A stretch of 64,000 bases of DNA from Promethearchaeota archaeon. Its GTDB lineage: Archaea > Asgardarchaeota > Lokiarchaeia > Sigyniarchaeales > SOKP01. The position numbers and the translations under genes were made by a program. Every line of letters begins with the position of its first letter. The stretch's first letter is position 1. The stretch spans positions 1-64,000 of the forward strand of contig JBHLPW010000007.1 of the NCBI GenBank assembly GCA_048939015.1, read 5' to 3'. The notes beneath the pieces were generated by a model, which worked only from the letters and a program-made list of their open reading frames with translations, searched no databases and had not been told where the DNA came from. Of this stretch, positions 40,087 to 49,670 are shown in pieces.

Positions 40087-40838
40087 TTCTCGACAAAAAT
40101 TGAAGTTTCCTTAATTTTTCCGGTTAAAGTTACCATTAAAGGAGTTGCTATTGCCGATAAAACTATTAAATCACCTGCGAACCACCCAATTAAACCAACC
40201 CAGAAGCTTTCTGGAGGAGCATAACCTGCCCAGATTGGAACCGCTACTCCAATTAATGCAGATCCAATTGCGGCACAAAAAATTCCAAAGATTATATACA
40301 CCAACCAAGATTTTGATCGATTCAAGGCATACATACCAATTATTAAAATGATCGATATCACAACGCTAATTATCCAGATAATTTGCCAAATTTGACTATC
40401 TAACAGAGGAGTAGCAATTCCCGCTAGAACAAGATTTATTACTAAGACTCCTAATAAAATATATAATTCTTTAGAACGTTTCAATTCTGCACCTAAATCT
40501 ACATCTGCTTTAAACGCCCTAAAAGCAACGAGAGGAATAAAACCTTCAACAAAATCAGCTATAGACCAAAGAAAACTCCAAACACCAAATGGTGTACTTA
40601 CGAAACCTAGAATTACACATGAAAAATAACCCGCTATAGAGCCCCACATTCCTAACCATAGACTTAGAGGTACGTAAATTGCTGCTGCAATATATAAACC
40701 GGAAACTCCTGGAAATGCACCAACAGGGGCAGCGATAACCGCCCAGATTGCTAATACAGCTGCAACACCCGTAGCTAAAGCAGTCACAACTATATGTCTC
40801 CAATTTACTCCAATCTTTACTTCTTCCATATCACTCAT
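40074..40838 (-). CDS. Putative ECF substrate-binding S component
   Basis: Highly hydrophobic, multi-TM protein; first gene of the S-T-A operon and overlaps ecfT. Confidence 0.7.
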   Translation of the reverse strand: MSDMEEVKIGVNWRHIVVTALATGVAAVLAIWAVIAAPVGAFPGVSGLYIAAAIYVPLSLWLGMWGSIAGYFSCVILGFVSTPFGVWSFLWSIADFVEGFIPLVAFRAFKADVDLGAELKRSKELYILLGVLVINLVLAGIATPLLDSQIWQIIWIISVVISIILIIGMYALNRSKSWLVYIIFGIFCAAIGSALIGVAVPIWAGYAPPESFWVGLIGWFAGDLIVLSAIATPLMVTLTGKIKETSIFVEKWFS

Positions 40839-40937
40839 TTTTCATTACCATTTGAACTTATTTTAAACTTTGTTGATAAAATTTGTTAGAATTACATGTG
40901 AAGATTAAACACTTTATTATTTAAAGTTTAATAACCA

Positions 40938-41009
40938 GTGATTATTACCGAATTACTATATAAAGTTTTTTTAAATGAAATCTCTTCAGGTTTAAAAGGT
41001 AACTATCAC
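40938..41009. promoter_or_regulatory. Pair of GTRAYNRTYAC pseudo-palindromic operators flanking the ECF operon TATA box
   Basis: GTGATTATTAC (40938-40948) and GTAACTATCAC (40999-41009). Minus-strand CTTTATATAG at 40956-40965 lies between them. Confidence 0.5.
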
Positions 41010-41033
41010 TTTATGGTTTTAGAAGAATAATTA

Positions 41034-41450
41034 TTATTCTCCTTGAATTTGCACATATACTCTTCGATTTCTTGGACCATCAAATTCCGCAAACATTATT
41101 CCCTGCCACGTACCAAGCATCAGTCGATTATTATGAATTATCACCTCAACCGAATGCCCTGTTAGTGAACATTTTATATGAGAGTCAGAATTGCCCTCAC
41201 CATGCTTATACGAATATCCCAGTCCGCCACCTTTGGGAATCAATTTGTTTAGATAATTGCTAATATCTCTTTTTACTGAAGGATCTGCATTTTCATTTAT
41301 CGTAACACCTGCGGTTGTATGTGGGATAAATACTCGACAAACACCCTCTTTTACATTGCTTTTTCTAACTATATTGTTGATCTCATTTGTAATATCCATA
41401 ATGACCTCCCTATCTGGAGTTTTGACTCTAAATTCATTAAATTCAATCAT
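41034..41450 (-). CDS. yjbQ: YjbQ / UPF0047 family protein
   Basis: [29 protein letters not shown]...EFDGPR.R. Confidence 0.92.
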   Translation of the reverse strand: MIEFNEFRVKTPDREVIMDITNEINNIVRKSNVKEGVCRVFIPHTTAGVTINENADPSVKRDISNYLNKLIPKGGGLGYSYKHGEGNSDSHIKCSLTGHSVEVIIHNNRLMLGTWQGIMFAEFDGPRNRRVYVQIQGE

Positions 41451-41494
41451 ATTATCACCAAAGAATACTTAATTTACAAAATAAAAAAATATAT

Positions 41495-42262
41495 TTAATT
41501 GTTGAAAGAACCATGTTTCCCTTTACCTTGAGAAAATGCTTTGCTCCCTTCCAAGTATTCTCCACTCGCAATAGTTTTTAATCCCAATTCAAACTCATTC
41601 GCCATAGCATCTACTAAATTCATGCCAAACTGCTGATAAGAAGATAATCTATCATTTCTCATACAGGTTTGGGGAAAATTAGCGATATCTCTCGCCAACT
41701 TTTCAGCTTCTTCTCTTGATCGTCCATTAGGGACTACTCGATTTGCTAAACCCCAAGAGAGAGCTTCATTTGCAGTCACAGGCCTTCCGGTAAGAATCAT
41801 GTCCAAAGCTCTACTTAAACCTATTAATCTTGGAAGTCTAATAGTGCCTCCATCGATAAGAGGAACCCCAAAACGTCTGCAAAATACCCCAAATATTGCA
41901 TTTTCTTCAATTACTCTCAAATCGCACCATATTGCAAGTTCAAGACCACCTGCTACTGCGTATCCTGCTACAGCTGCAATTACTGGCTTTGATAAAATCA
42001 TCCTTGAAGGACCCATAGGCCCATCCCCTTCCGCATTTATTCGATTCTCTTCCCCAGCAACAATTGCTCTCAAATTTGCTCCAGAGCAAAAAGTCCCATT
42101 AGTACCCCATAATACAGCAACTAGAGCACCATCATCTTTTTCAAATTCTCTGAAGGCATCAGCTAATTCTTTTGCCGTTGGTCCATCTACTGCATTTTTC
42201 ACTTCAGGATTATCAATGATAATTGTATAAATTGGATAGTTTTTTTCTACTTTAATTGACAT
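41495..42262 (-). CDS. Enoyl-CoA hydratase/isomerase (crotonase) family protein
   Basis: FCSGANL, KPVIAAV.GYAVAGGLELA.WCDLR, CRRFGVPLIDGG, LTGR. Confidence 0.93.
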   Translation of the reverse strand: MSIKVEKNYPIYTIIIDNPEVKNAVDGPTAKELADAFREFEKDDGALVAVLWGTNGTFCSGANLRAIVAGEENRINAEGDGPMGPSRMILSKPVIAAVAGYAVAGGLELAIWCDLRVIEENAIFGVFCRRFGVPLIDGGTIRLPRLIGLSRALDMILTGRPVTANEALSWGLANRVVPNGRSREEAEKLARDIANFPQTCMRNDRLSSYQQFGMNLVDAMANEFELGLKTIASGEYLEGSKAFSQGKGKHGSFNN

Positions 42263-42380
42263 AAAAAAGGATAATACTAGAAATTTTAAAATTCTAGCTA
42301 ATTATAATCCAAATTTATAAATACTTAGATGAAAAATAAATAATTTATAATTAAAACAATATATTTATACTGAATTTATA

Positions 42381-42770
42381 ATGCCTGAAAAAATTACTGG
42401 AGAAAGTTTTAAACCAAAAGCCCTTAAAGAAGCTGAGGAATATTTTAAAAATGTACATATGGCTCAAGAACAACATGTAATATTTAATGATTTAGTAAAA
42501 ATTGTTTTGAAATATATACATATGGATGAATTAGCTGCAAAAGGTATTGGTTGGCGATCAGTCAGTAGATGGCAGTTAAAGCATAAAAGAGATCTTTTTG
42601 GATTGGTAAATGAAACACCAGAAGAGAGAATTAAGTCTGTCGATCAATTATTTGAGATAGTCAAGGAAGAATTAATTAAAATTTTAGAAGATCCTAGTGA
42701 GAAATCTTTGGTTAATAAAGCAATAGGAGATATGATGGAATTTTACAAAAAAGAATATGCTTATCGGTAA
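42381..42770 (+). CDS. Hypothetical protein
   Basis: 129-aa helical ORF; no motif. Confidence 0.65.
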   Translation: MPEKITGESFKPKALKEAEEYFKNVHMAQEQHVIFNDLVKIVLKYIHMDELAAKGIGWRSVSRWQLKHKRDLFGLVNETPEERIKSVDQLFEIVKEELIKILEDPSEKSLVNKAIGDMMEFYKKEYAYR

Positions 42771-42865
42771 CTAAAATCGATAAAAATTGATTTATCATTT
42801 TAACTTTATTAAATTGTAGTACTTTTTTTAATAAAACGGATTAAATCAAATATTACTCCCGCTTT

Positions 42866-42893
42866 AATTTTGAATGATCGTTCATTCAAAATT
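42866..42893. promoter_or_regulatory. Perfect 12-bp-arm palindrome; TetR/FadR-like operator
   Basis: AATTTTGAATGA-TCGT-TCATTCAAAATT. Degenerate copy TGAATAGATGTTCATTTA at 43048-43065. Confidence 0.65.
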
Positions 42894-43105
42894 TTAAAAT
42901 AATTTAAAAAAATTCTGTAACCTTTTAAGCTCGCTAATAAAACTCATATTAAAAATAAGATTTATAATAATATTGGCGAGAGGATTAAACTTATATAGGA
43001 TGCTGAGAATTCAACCTAATATCTATTAAATTAAATATCTATTGGATTGAATAGATGTTCATTTAGTAAAAATTGAATAAAATTGAATAAAAATGGTCAG
43101 AGGAT

Positions 43106-44131
43106 ATGGTTATAAAAACTAACATAACTGAAATGCTAGGGATTAAGCATCCTATAGTAGCTGCTCCTATGGGACCCTTCTACACAACAAAACTAACTAT
43201 TGCTGTGTCAGAAGCAGGTGGTTTAGGGGTTCTAAGTCATGTAACATTAAGTGAAGGAGTAACTGTCAACCAGTTGAAAGAAAGTATGAAAACTGTTGTT
43301 GAGTACACTGATAAGCCTTTTGGACTAAATATTAGAACAGCAGCATTACAACCTGATGCAATTAAACTATGTAGGCAAATTCCAAGATTTATTTTGGATA
43401 ATCCAAAAATCAAAGACCAATGTACTTATTTAATAACAAGTGCAGGATCACCGAAAATTTTATATAACAAATACTTTAAGGCTCTAAAACAAAGTTCAAA
43501 TATCAAGAATTTTCATGTAGTACCTTCATTAAAACTAGCGAAAAAAGTAATAAATATTGGTGTTGATGGAATTGTTGCAACTGGACATGAAGGTGGAGGG
43601 CACCAATCCTATGAGAATGCAAGTACATTGATTCTTTTACAGCAATTAAAACAAGAATTTCCAGAAATTCCTATGATTGCTTGTGGTGGCTATGCAACTG
43701 GAGAAGGATTAGCTTCTGCCTTAGCTATGGGTGCTGGGGCAATTGCAATGGGAACAAGACTTATTGCCTCAAAAGAATGCGATTTTCATGAAAATTATAA
43801 AAATGAGGTTAAAAATGCCAATGTATCCGATACAAAAATGATAACAGGTGTTTTTGGACCTGCTAGAGTATTGAATAATAATTATGCAGAAACTGCGACT
43901 ACTGTTTTGAATAAAACAGAAAAGAGAGCTGAAGAAACTTCGATATCTATAATAAGAGATAGTGTAATAAAATTAGAAAAAGCATATAAGGGAGATATTG
44001 AAAATGGTATCATTCTCTTAGGACAAAGTTGTGGGTTAGTAGAGGAAATTGAAAGTGTATCAGATATTATTAATTCAATAGTCAAAAGTGCTGAAAAATG
44101 TTTAAAGAATGCATATTGTATGGTAAATTAA
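43106..44131 (+). CDS. Nitronate monooxygenase / FabK-like flavin oxidoreductase
   Basis: PIVAAPM, AVSEAGGLG, KPFGLN, G.EGGGH, IACGG, GA.A..MGTR, GQ..GL. Confidence 0.9.
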   Translation: MVIKTNITEMLGIKHPIVAAPMGPFYTTKLTIAVSEAGGLGVLSHVTLSEGVTVNQLKESMKTVVEYTDKPFGLNIRTAALQPDAIKLCRQIPRFILDNPKIKDQCTYLITSAGSPKILYNKYFKALKQSSNIKNFHVVPSLKLAKKVINIGVDGIVATGHEGGGHQSYENASTLILLQQLKQEFPEIPMIACGGYATGEGLASALAMGAGAIAMGTRLIASKECDFHENYKNEVKNANVSDTKMITGVFGPARVLNNNYAETATTVLNKTEKRAEETSISIIRDSVIKLEKAYKGDIENGIILLGQSCGLVEEIESVSDIINSIVKSAEKCLKNAYCMVN

Positions 44132-44156
44132 GTTAAGATATTAGGGAATTTTAATA

Positions 44157-44396
44157 ATGACTGAAACAGAAATTAGTTCTATATTTGAAATAACTGATAT
44201 CGCAGAAATAAATAGTTTGAGCTTAAATGAGTATGGAACTTCTATAAATAATTATTTTGGTGATAAACAAAACTCAGACCTTTACAAGCGATATTATGAA
44301 TGGTTTGATCACTCTAAATTTGAAAAAATTAATACTACTTTCTTGAAGGAATTTAATAAATCATTTCAAGATTTTTTTCAAAAATTTGAAATTTAA
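44157..44396 (+). CDS. Small hypothetical protein
   Basis: 79-aa ORF 25 bp after the FabK-like gene, filling the gap to a convergent gene. Confidence 0.5.
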   Translation: MTETEISSIFEITDIAEINSLSLNEYGTSINNYFGDKQNSDLYKRYYEWFDHSKFEKINTTFLKEFNKSFQDFFQKFEI

Positions 44397-44425
44397 TTAG
44401 ATAAAACAGAAAATTAAGAAAAAAG

Positions 44426-45703
44426 TTATTTAAAATTTATTATCTTTTCCTTAAGTTTGTTTATTTCATTAAGATATATATTTGAAGCAATAAATGATTG
44501 TTCGCTTTCTTCTTTTTTCTCTAAAATCTCAACTTTTAATTTAAAAGCGTTTAAAAGAATTTCTGAATCAACATTTTCAGTTGCATTAATAAGTACGTCA
44601 ATTATATGAAGGGCAAACTGCAATTTTTCTTTCTCAAATAGCTTTTTAGCTCGTAGATAATAATTCTTAGCATCGGAAATTTTTAAGAATTCGTTAGCAA
44701 TTTCACAATTTTTCGCTGGAAAAAGATCTGTGGGGTTTCCGGTATCATACCATCCATGATATAATCTATAAACGGCATGAATCGCAAACCTATAGCAACC
44801 ATACACTTGTGCTAAGATTTCGTGATTAAATTTATCGGGAAATATTTCAAGCATTTCATGATATATCTGTTCAAACCATTTGCCTTGATTTAATCGTTTT
44901 ACAACTTCATCATGAACAAAATTTAAAACTTCGGCTGTTATTGAAAGAATTTCTTTTATTTTTGCTTTACCTTCAATGAGGGGACCTTGACCAGGAACTA
45001 AATACTCTGGTTCTTTTTCAATCATTTTTTCTAATGCTTGAGCCCAATCTTTAGGGTATCTTTGAACTTTATATGGATTTCCTACATTTGGGAAAACAGA
45101 AATTATGAAATCTCCCGTGAAAAGAACCTTCTCTTCAGGAACAAACATCCAAATTTGATCATCAGTTTCTCCTTTATTATGGTATAATTCAAAAGTGTAT
45201 TCTCCCAATTTGAAGGTATAATTTTCATTTCCATGAAGTAGTATTGTGGGATTAAGAGTCTCTTTAGCAGAGTCATATTGTTTATTTTTACCTAATACAG
45301 AACCGAATTGTTGATCATGAAGCCAATTCAAATATTTGTCTAACATCCGATATTTTTCAAAACGAACAATTAAGTTCTCATGGGCAATTATTTGGGGTAT
45401 CTCCCAGCCTTTGTCTTTAATTTCTTCAATGAAAGGTAAGTATCCAAAACAATGATCAAAATGTCCATGAGAATATATTATGTATTTAATGGGCTTATCA
45501 GTGATCTCCCTTAGTGCTTTAAAAACTTTTGGACCATTTAATTTTGAGGATATATCGAATAAAACTAAACCTTCACTTGTTTCAATAACTCCCATGTTTG
45601 AAAAAGCACTAATTTTATGGAATTTGCCATTAGCAAAAGCTTTAGGAGGATATAAACCAAAAAGTAACTTCCTCTGTTCTTCTGTCATTTTCATACTAAT
45701 CAC
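44426..45703 (-). CDS. MBL-fold hydrolase, alkyl-sulfatase-like
   Basis: SHGHFDH, GETDD, GDF, PNVGNP.K.QR, GWYD.GNP..L dimerisation segment. Confidence 0.85.
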   Translation of the reverse strand: MISMKMTEEQRKLLFGLYPPKAFANGKFHKISAFSNMGVIETSEGLVLFDISSKLNGPKVFKALREITDKPIKYIIYSHGHFDHCFGYLPFIEEIKDKGWEIPQIIAHENLIVRFEKYRMLDKYLNWLHDQQFGSVLGKNKQYDSAKETLNPTILLHGNENYTFKLGEYTFELYHNKGETDDQIWMFVPEEKVLFTGDFIISVFPNVGNPYKVQRYPKDWAQALEKMIEKEPEYLVPGQGPLIEGKAKIKEILSITAEVLNFVHDEVVKRLNQGKWFEQIYHEMLEIFPDKFNHEILAQVYGCYRFAIHAVYRLYHGWYDTGNPTDLFPAKNCEIANEFLKISDAKNYYLRAKKLFEKEKLQFALHIIDVLINATENVDSEILLNAFKLKVEILEKKEESEQSFIASNIYLNEINKLKEKIINFK

Positions 45704-45768
45704 TCATATTCAGTTTAACGACTATTAGTTTTTTTGAATTTTAGAAGATTTAACCGAAAAATCTTAAC

Positions 45769-46878
45769 TCAATTAATAAATTCAAGGCAAAACTTAATTG
45801 CTGGAATTATATGATATGCAATCCCTAAAATATGTGGACTTAAGCTTATCTTAGGAGTATCATAAAGCTCATATTGATGTGGTATTTTGAATTCATTTAG
45901 AGTTTCATGAATTTGTTTTGTTGCAATTGCTGAACCCATTTCATCATTTTGAGCACAATTAATCATTAGATGAACTTCTTTTAATGCTTCTGGACATTTT
46001 TTAATCAAATTATTTATATTATACCTCATCCAATTATTTAGCGAATCCTGGTTTAAATTTTTTATTTTCCCGTTTTCATCACGCTTAATTGAGGGTAATA
46101 AAGGATTATCTTTTGAAAAAATGAGGTCACATGTATCTAAGATGTCTGCCCATGTTTTCTTACCCATTGTTTTTGAGATTTTCTCACCAAAAAGAAACTT
46201 GTTTAAAGGCACAATAAGCTGCCAATCTATTAATTCAGGAACTAAATTCCCCGGACTTAAAGCGACAACTGCAGTAAACTTTTCGGGGTAAGAAAGACAT
46301 AACCTCAATGCTCCAGCACCCCCCATAGAACCGCCTAAAATGGTACGATGCTCTTTATCAGGAATCGTCCTGTAAGAGGAATCTACATATTCCAAAATGT
46401 CCTGAGCAATATAATCCATATAATTTCCTGAGAAGGGAGAATTAATATAAAAACTTCCTTTTGTTGCGGGCTCGCCACGTAAATTTTTAGTATTGTTGAT
46501 ATTAAAAATATGGAGACTTGCATCCGGTTGAACCAATATGAACGGTTTCAATTCTCCACTTTCAATTAATTCATCTAACTTCTCATAAGTAATCAAATTA
46601 TCAATATCAATTTTGTCTAATACTTTTTTTGGAATGCGATCCAATGGGATAACTCTATCATTCTCATTAATAGATGTGATTGTCCAATTATGGTTATTTC
46701 CACCATATCCATGTAAAAAATAAAGTACTGGATATCTTGAATCTCTTGATTCAAAATAATTTGGGGGTAAATAAATGCGCAAATCGCGATTTACTGGGCT
46801 ATTAAGTGGATTGTCTTCTAAACTTTTTGCTCGAATATTATCGATAATATATCTTCTATTTTGCTGTTCATTGAACAT
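45769..46878 (-). CDS. Putative esterase (enterochelin-esterase-like alpha/beta hydrolase)
   Basis: IYLPPNY, YPVLYFLHG, GGSMGGAGA. Confidence 0.85.
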   Translation of the reverse strand: MFNEQQNRRYIIDNIRAKSLEDNPLNSPVNRDLRIYLPPNYFESRDSRYPVLYFLHGYGGNNHNWTITSINENDRVIPLDRIPKKVLDKIDIDNLITYEKLDELIESGELKPFILVQPDASLHIFNINNTKNLRGEPATKGSFYINSPFSGNYMDYIAQDILEYVDSSYRTIPDKEHRTILGGSMGGAGALRLCLSYPEKFTAVVALSPGNLVPELIDWQLIVPLNKFLFGEKISKTMGKKTWADILDTCDLIFSKDNPLLPSIKRDENGKIKNLNQDSLNNWMRYNINNLIKKCPEALKEVHLMINCAQNDEMGSAIATKQIHETLNEFKIPHQYELYDTPKISLSPHILGIAYHIIPAIKFCLEFIN

Positions 46879-46933
46879 GAGAAATCATTATTTTATTAAT
46901 CCAATTACAATAATCTCAAAATAAAATGTTAAT

Positions 46934-48376
46934 TTATAATCCAAGTTCCTTTAATTTTTCTGTATTTTTAAGCGCATCTTCTTTCCTTATAGTGTACATC
47001 AGAGTGAATACAATCATTCCTATGAGCATTATAAAGAATGGAATTAAACTAATTTGAATCAGTAATCCTGTATATCCCGACCATGTAATAAGCTCGTTGG
47101 ACTTAAAACCAGTAAAGAGCGATACTATTGCAAAAATTAAGGTTTGGAGTGCATAGGAATAAGCTGTAAAAATCCTTAAGATTCCATAATAAGTACCTTC
47201 TTCTCGTTTACCCGATTTAACAACCGCATTATCAATTGCTTCAGCACCTATATAAATTCCACTAACAATTACACCACCATAACTCAGCCCTCCAAAGACA
47301 CAAAATACATTCAAGAAAGCAACTGGTAATATAACTATAGAGAATAGCAATAGGAAAAACAAACTAAATAAAATTAAACTTAAAATTCCACTCTTTCTAG
47401 CTCCATACTTCTTTACTAAGGGTATAAAAAGTAAAGATCCCACAAAAGTCATTATTAGAACGATTAATTGTGGAAGTATCGCCTTAAATGAATCTATTTC
47501 ATAACGAAGTCCGTCATATAAGAAAAAGGGTATTCCGTTTAAAAAGCAGATTCCAGCGATTGAGTATAATGTGAACATAATAACATAGGCCATCCAATTT
47601 TTATCTGTAAAAATTCTAATAAGACTTTCTTTAATTGCAGAAAAACTTTTCCTTGCTTGATCTAATTGCACTCTGAATGCACGAATCTCTTTATTTTCAT
47701 AAGCCCCATAAGAGAATGGAATTAACATTATGTAAAATATAATTGTACCTATTATTGCAGTGCCTAAATATGCATTGGGATCATCCTTTCCACCCAATTT
47801 TCCTAATATTATTGGAATAAGAATTGCAGGGATTATAATTTGGTAAATGATACTTATAATCTGACTTGCTCTTATACTCTTACTGCGCTCATTTTGAGTT
47901 CTGAATAAGTCTGGAAACAGAGCAGATTGATTTATCTCAGCTGTCGTTCCAAAAGTCTCAAAAATGCACATCATTACTGTTATCCAGACAATTGAAAGCA
48001 CTATATTACCTGGATCATTTAAGACAACAGATATTTGGATAAAACAAAAAATCAAGAATATTGGCTGAAAAATTCGACCTAAAACTATCCAAGGAAATCT
48101 TTTTCCATATTTTTCAGTAAATCTAGTTGAGCGATCAGCAAAATAACCTAATATTGGGTCGTTAAATGCATCAACTGTCGAATATATAAGATATATCATG
48201 AAAATAGTAATCTGAGGAATTAATATAATATGGGCAGCAAAGTATTGTATTCTACCCCACAAGTTTGTCATGATTAATCCAACAGGTCCTCCCACTGCCC
48301 ATGCCCAATATTTTACTTCCTTATGAGGAGTTCTAAATAGTAAATTTGTATCGTTCATCTCGTCAGATTGTGCCAT
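46934..48376 (-). CDS. MFS GPH-family transporter
   Basis: DAFNDPILG, KYGKRFPWI, LFPDLF..ER, ID...SGKREEG.Y.G. Confidence 0.88.
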   Translation of the reverse strand: MAQSDEMNDTNLLFRTPHKEVKYWAWAVGGPVGLIMTNLWGRIQYFAAHIILIPQITIFMIYLIYSTVDAFNDPILGYFADRSTRFTEKYGKRFPWIVLGRIFQPIFLIFCFIQISVVLNDPGNIVLSIVWITVMMCIFETFGTTAEINQSALFPDLFRTQNERSKSIRASQIISIIYQIIIPAILIPIILGKLGGKDDPNAYLGTAIIGTIIFYIMLIPFSYGAYENKEIRAFRVQLDQARKSFSAIKESLIRIFTDKNWMAYVIMFTLYSIAGICFLNGIPFFLYDGLRYEIDSFKAILPQLIVLIMTFVGSLLFIPLVKKYGARKSGILSLILFSLFFLLLFSIVILPVAFLNVFCVFGGLSYGGVIVSGIYIGAEAIDNAVVKSGKREEGTYYGILRIFTAYSYALQTLIFAIVSLFTGFKSNELITWSGYTGLLIQISLIPFFIMLIGMIVFTLMYTIRKEDALKNTEKLKELGL

Positions 48377-48580
48377 TTTTAATCATTTTTAAAAAGTATT
48401 TAGGTTTAATAAATAACATTTAACTAAACATATATAAAAAGAATTCTAAGTTTTAACTAAATTTAATTTATAATTAGATCCAAATTTATATAGTGAAATT
48501 CCTTTCTCAATCGAATTTCTGGTAAAATTTGGGACTATGATAGTTAGTTCAAACTTTAAAAAATAAGAGATTTAAGAAAT

Positions 48581-49669
48581 TTATTTTTGATTTTTTAAAT
48601 ATTCATGCATCTCGACTAAAGTACTTGTTCTTATTAGAGCAGCTTTAAGAAATTGGAATCCTATATCGTAAGTTGATCCATCTCCTCCAATATGAATAAG
48701 ATATGGCACTTTTCCTTCAAATAAGCCTTTTGCTTTACGTATTTTATAGGCTGTGCTTATCGCATCTGCCACCGTTGCACCAGACTCGAATAAATGATGA
48801 ACCCAGGGAACGCGCCAAGAACTTACATTATCCTTTGAGGTTGAAACCTCTGAACATGATGTATTATTTACATAGATTATATTGTCACCCGCAACTTTAG
48901 TTGCAGCTGTAGCCATTTGATTCAATACCATCCCTGCTCCACATCCAGGGCATAATCCATGACCGGGATGCAAGTGATTTTGTGGTTCTAATTCTTTTCG
49001 ATTGATACGATAAATATCGACAGGTTTCTCTGCTCCAAATTGTTCAATCAATCCTTTTAATTTTCGATTTCTTTGTTCTGTATAATATATTATTTCATCA
49101 ATTTCCTTTTCCATGAATTTTGGTTTAAATAGGTGTCTAAAACGTCCCATTGATTTCAAATATTCAACAAATTTATCTTTATCAATATCTAATCCTCTAT
49201 AATATGAGAAAGTAGGAACTCCATCCTTTACTCGAATTGTATATAATGGCCAATAGCCACAATCAGTTGCTAATTTAGAAATATTAACCGAATCTTCTGC
49301 CGCATGTCTCCAGCCTCTCATACAATCAGAATAGGATTGAAGAAAAGAAGAACCATTTGTTTTTAAGGCTTCCATAACTTTTCCCATAAAATCATTTGGA
49401 TAAGCAGGATTCAATGTTGCTAAAAAAAGTGAATTTGAACCGTAAAAAGCAAAAGGAGTAACCAAATCTTGTTTCACTCCAACTTTTCCAGGTATTTTTT
49501 CTCCAGCGGGTCCAGTTGTAGTAGATGCATGAGGTGGCGTTCCACCACTTTCTTGTATACCAGTATTCATAAATGCCTCATTATCATAATTGAAGAACAA
49601 TACATTAGATTTTCCTTCTTTTGAAAGTAAATCCGCCATTTTTATTATATTCCTTTCTGGTTGTGACAT
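48581..49669 (-). CDS. porB: Pyruvate/2-oxoacid:ferredoxin oxidoreductase beta subunit, circularly permuted
   Basis: All PorB motifs are present, but the canonical C-half (YDNEAFMNTGIQ...SDCMRGW...GRFRHL) precedes the canonical N-half (GHGLCPGCG...NTSC...FE...GGDGSTYDIGFQ). Confidence 0.9.
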   Translation of the reverse strand: MSQPERNIIKMADLLSKEGKSNVLFFNYDNEAFMNTGIQESGGTPPHASTTTGPAGEKIPGKVGVKQDLVTPFAFYGSNSLFLATLNPAYPNDFMGKVMEALKTNGSSFLQSYSDCMRGWRHAAEDSVNISKLATDCGYWPLYTIRVKDGVPTFSYYRGLDIDKDKFVEYLKSMGRFRHLFKPKFMEKEIDEIIYYTEQRNRKLKGLIEQFGAEKPVDIYRINRKELEPQNHLHPGHGLCPGCGAGMVLNQMATAATKVAGDNIIYVNNTSCSEVSTSKDNVSSWRVPWVHHLFESGATVADAISTAYKIRKAKGLFEGKVPYLIHIGGDGSTYDIGFQFLKAALIRTSTLVEMHEYLKNQK

Positions 49670-49670
49670 C

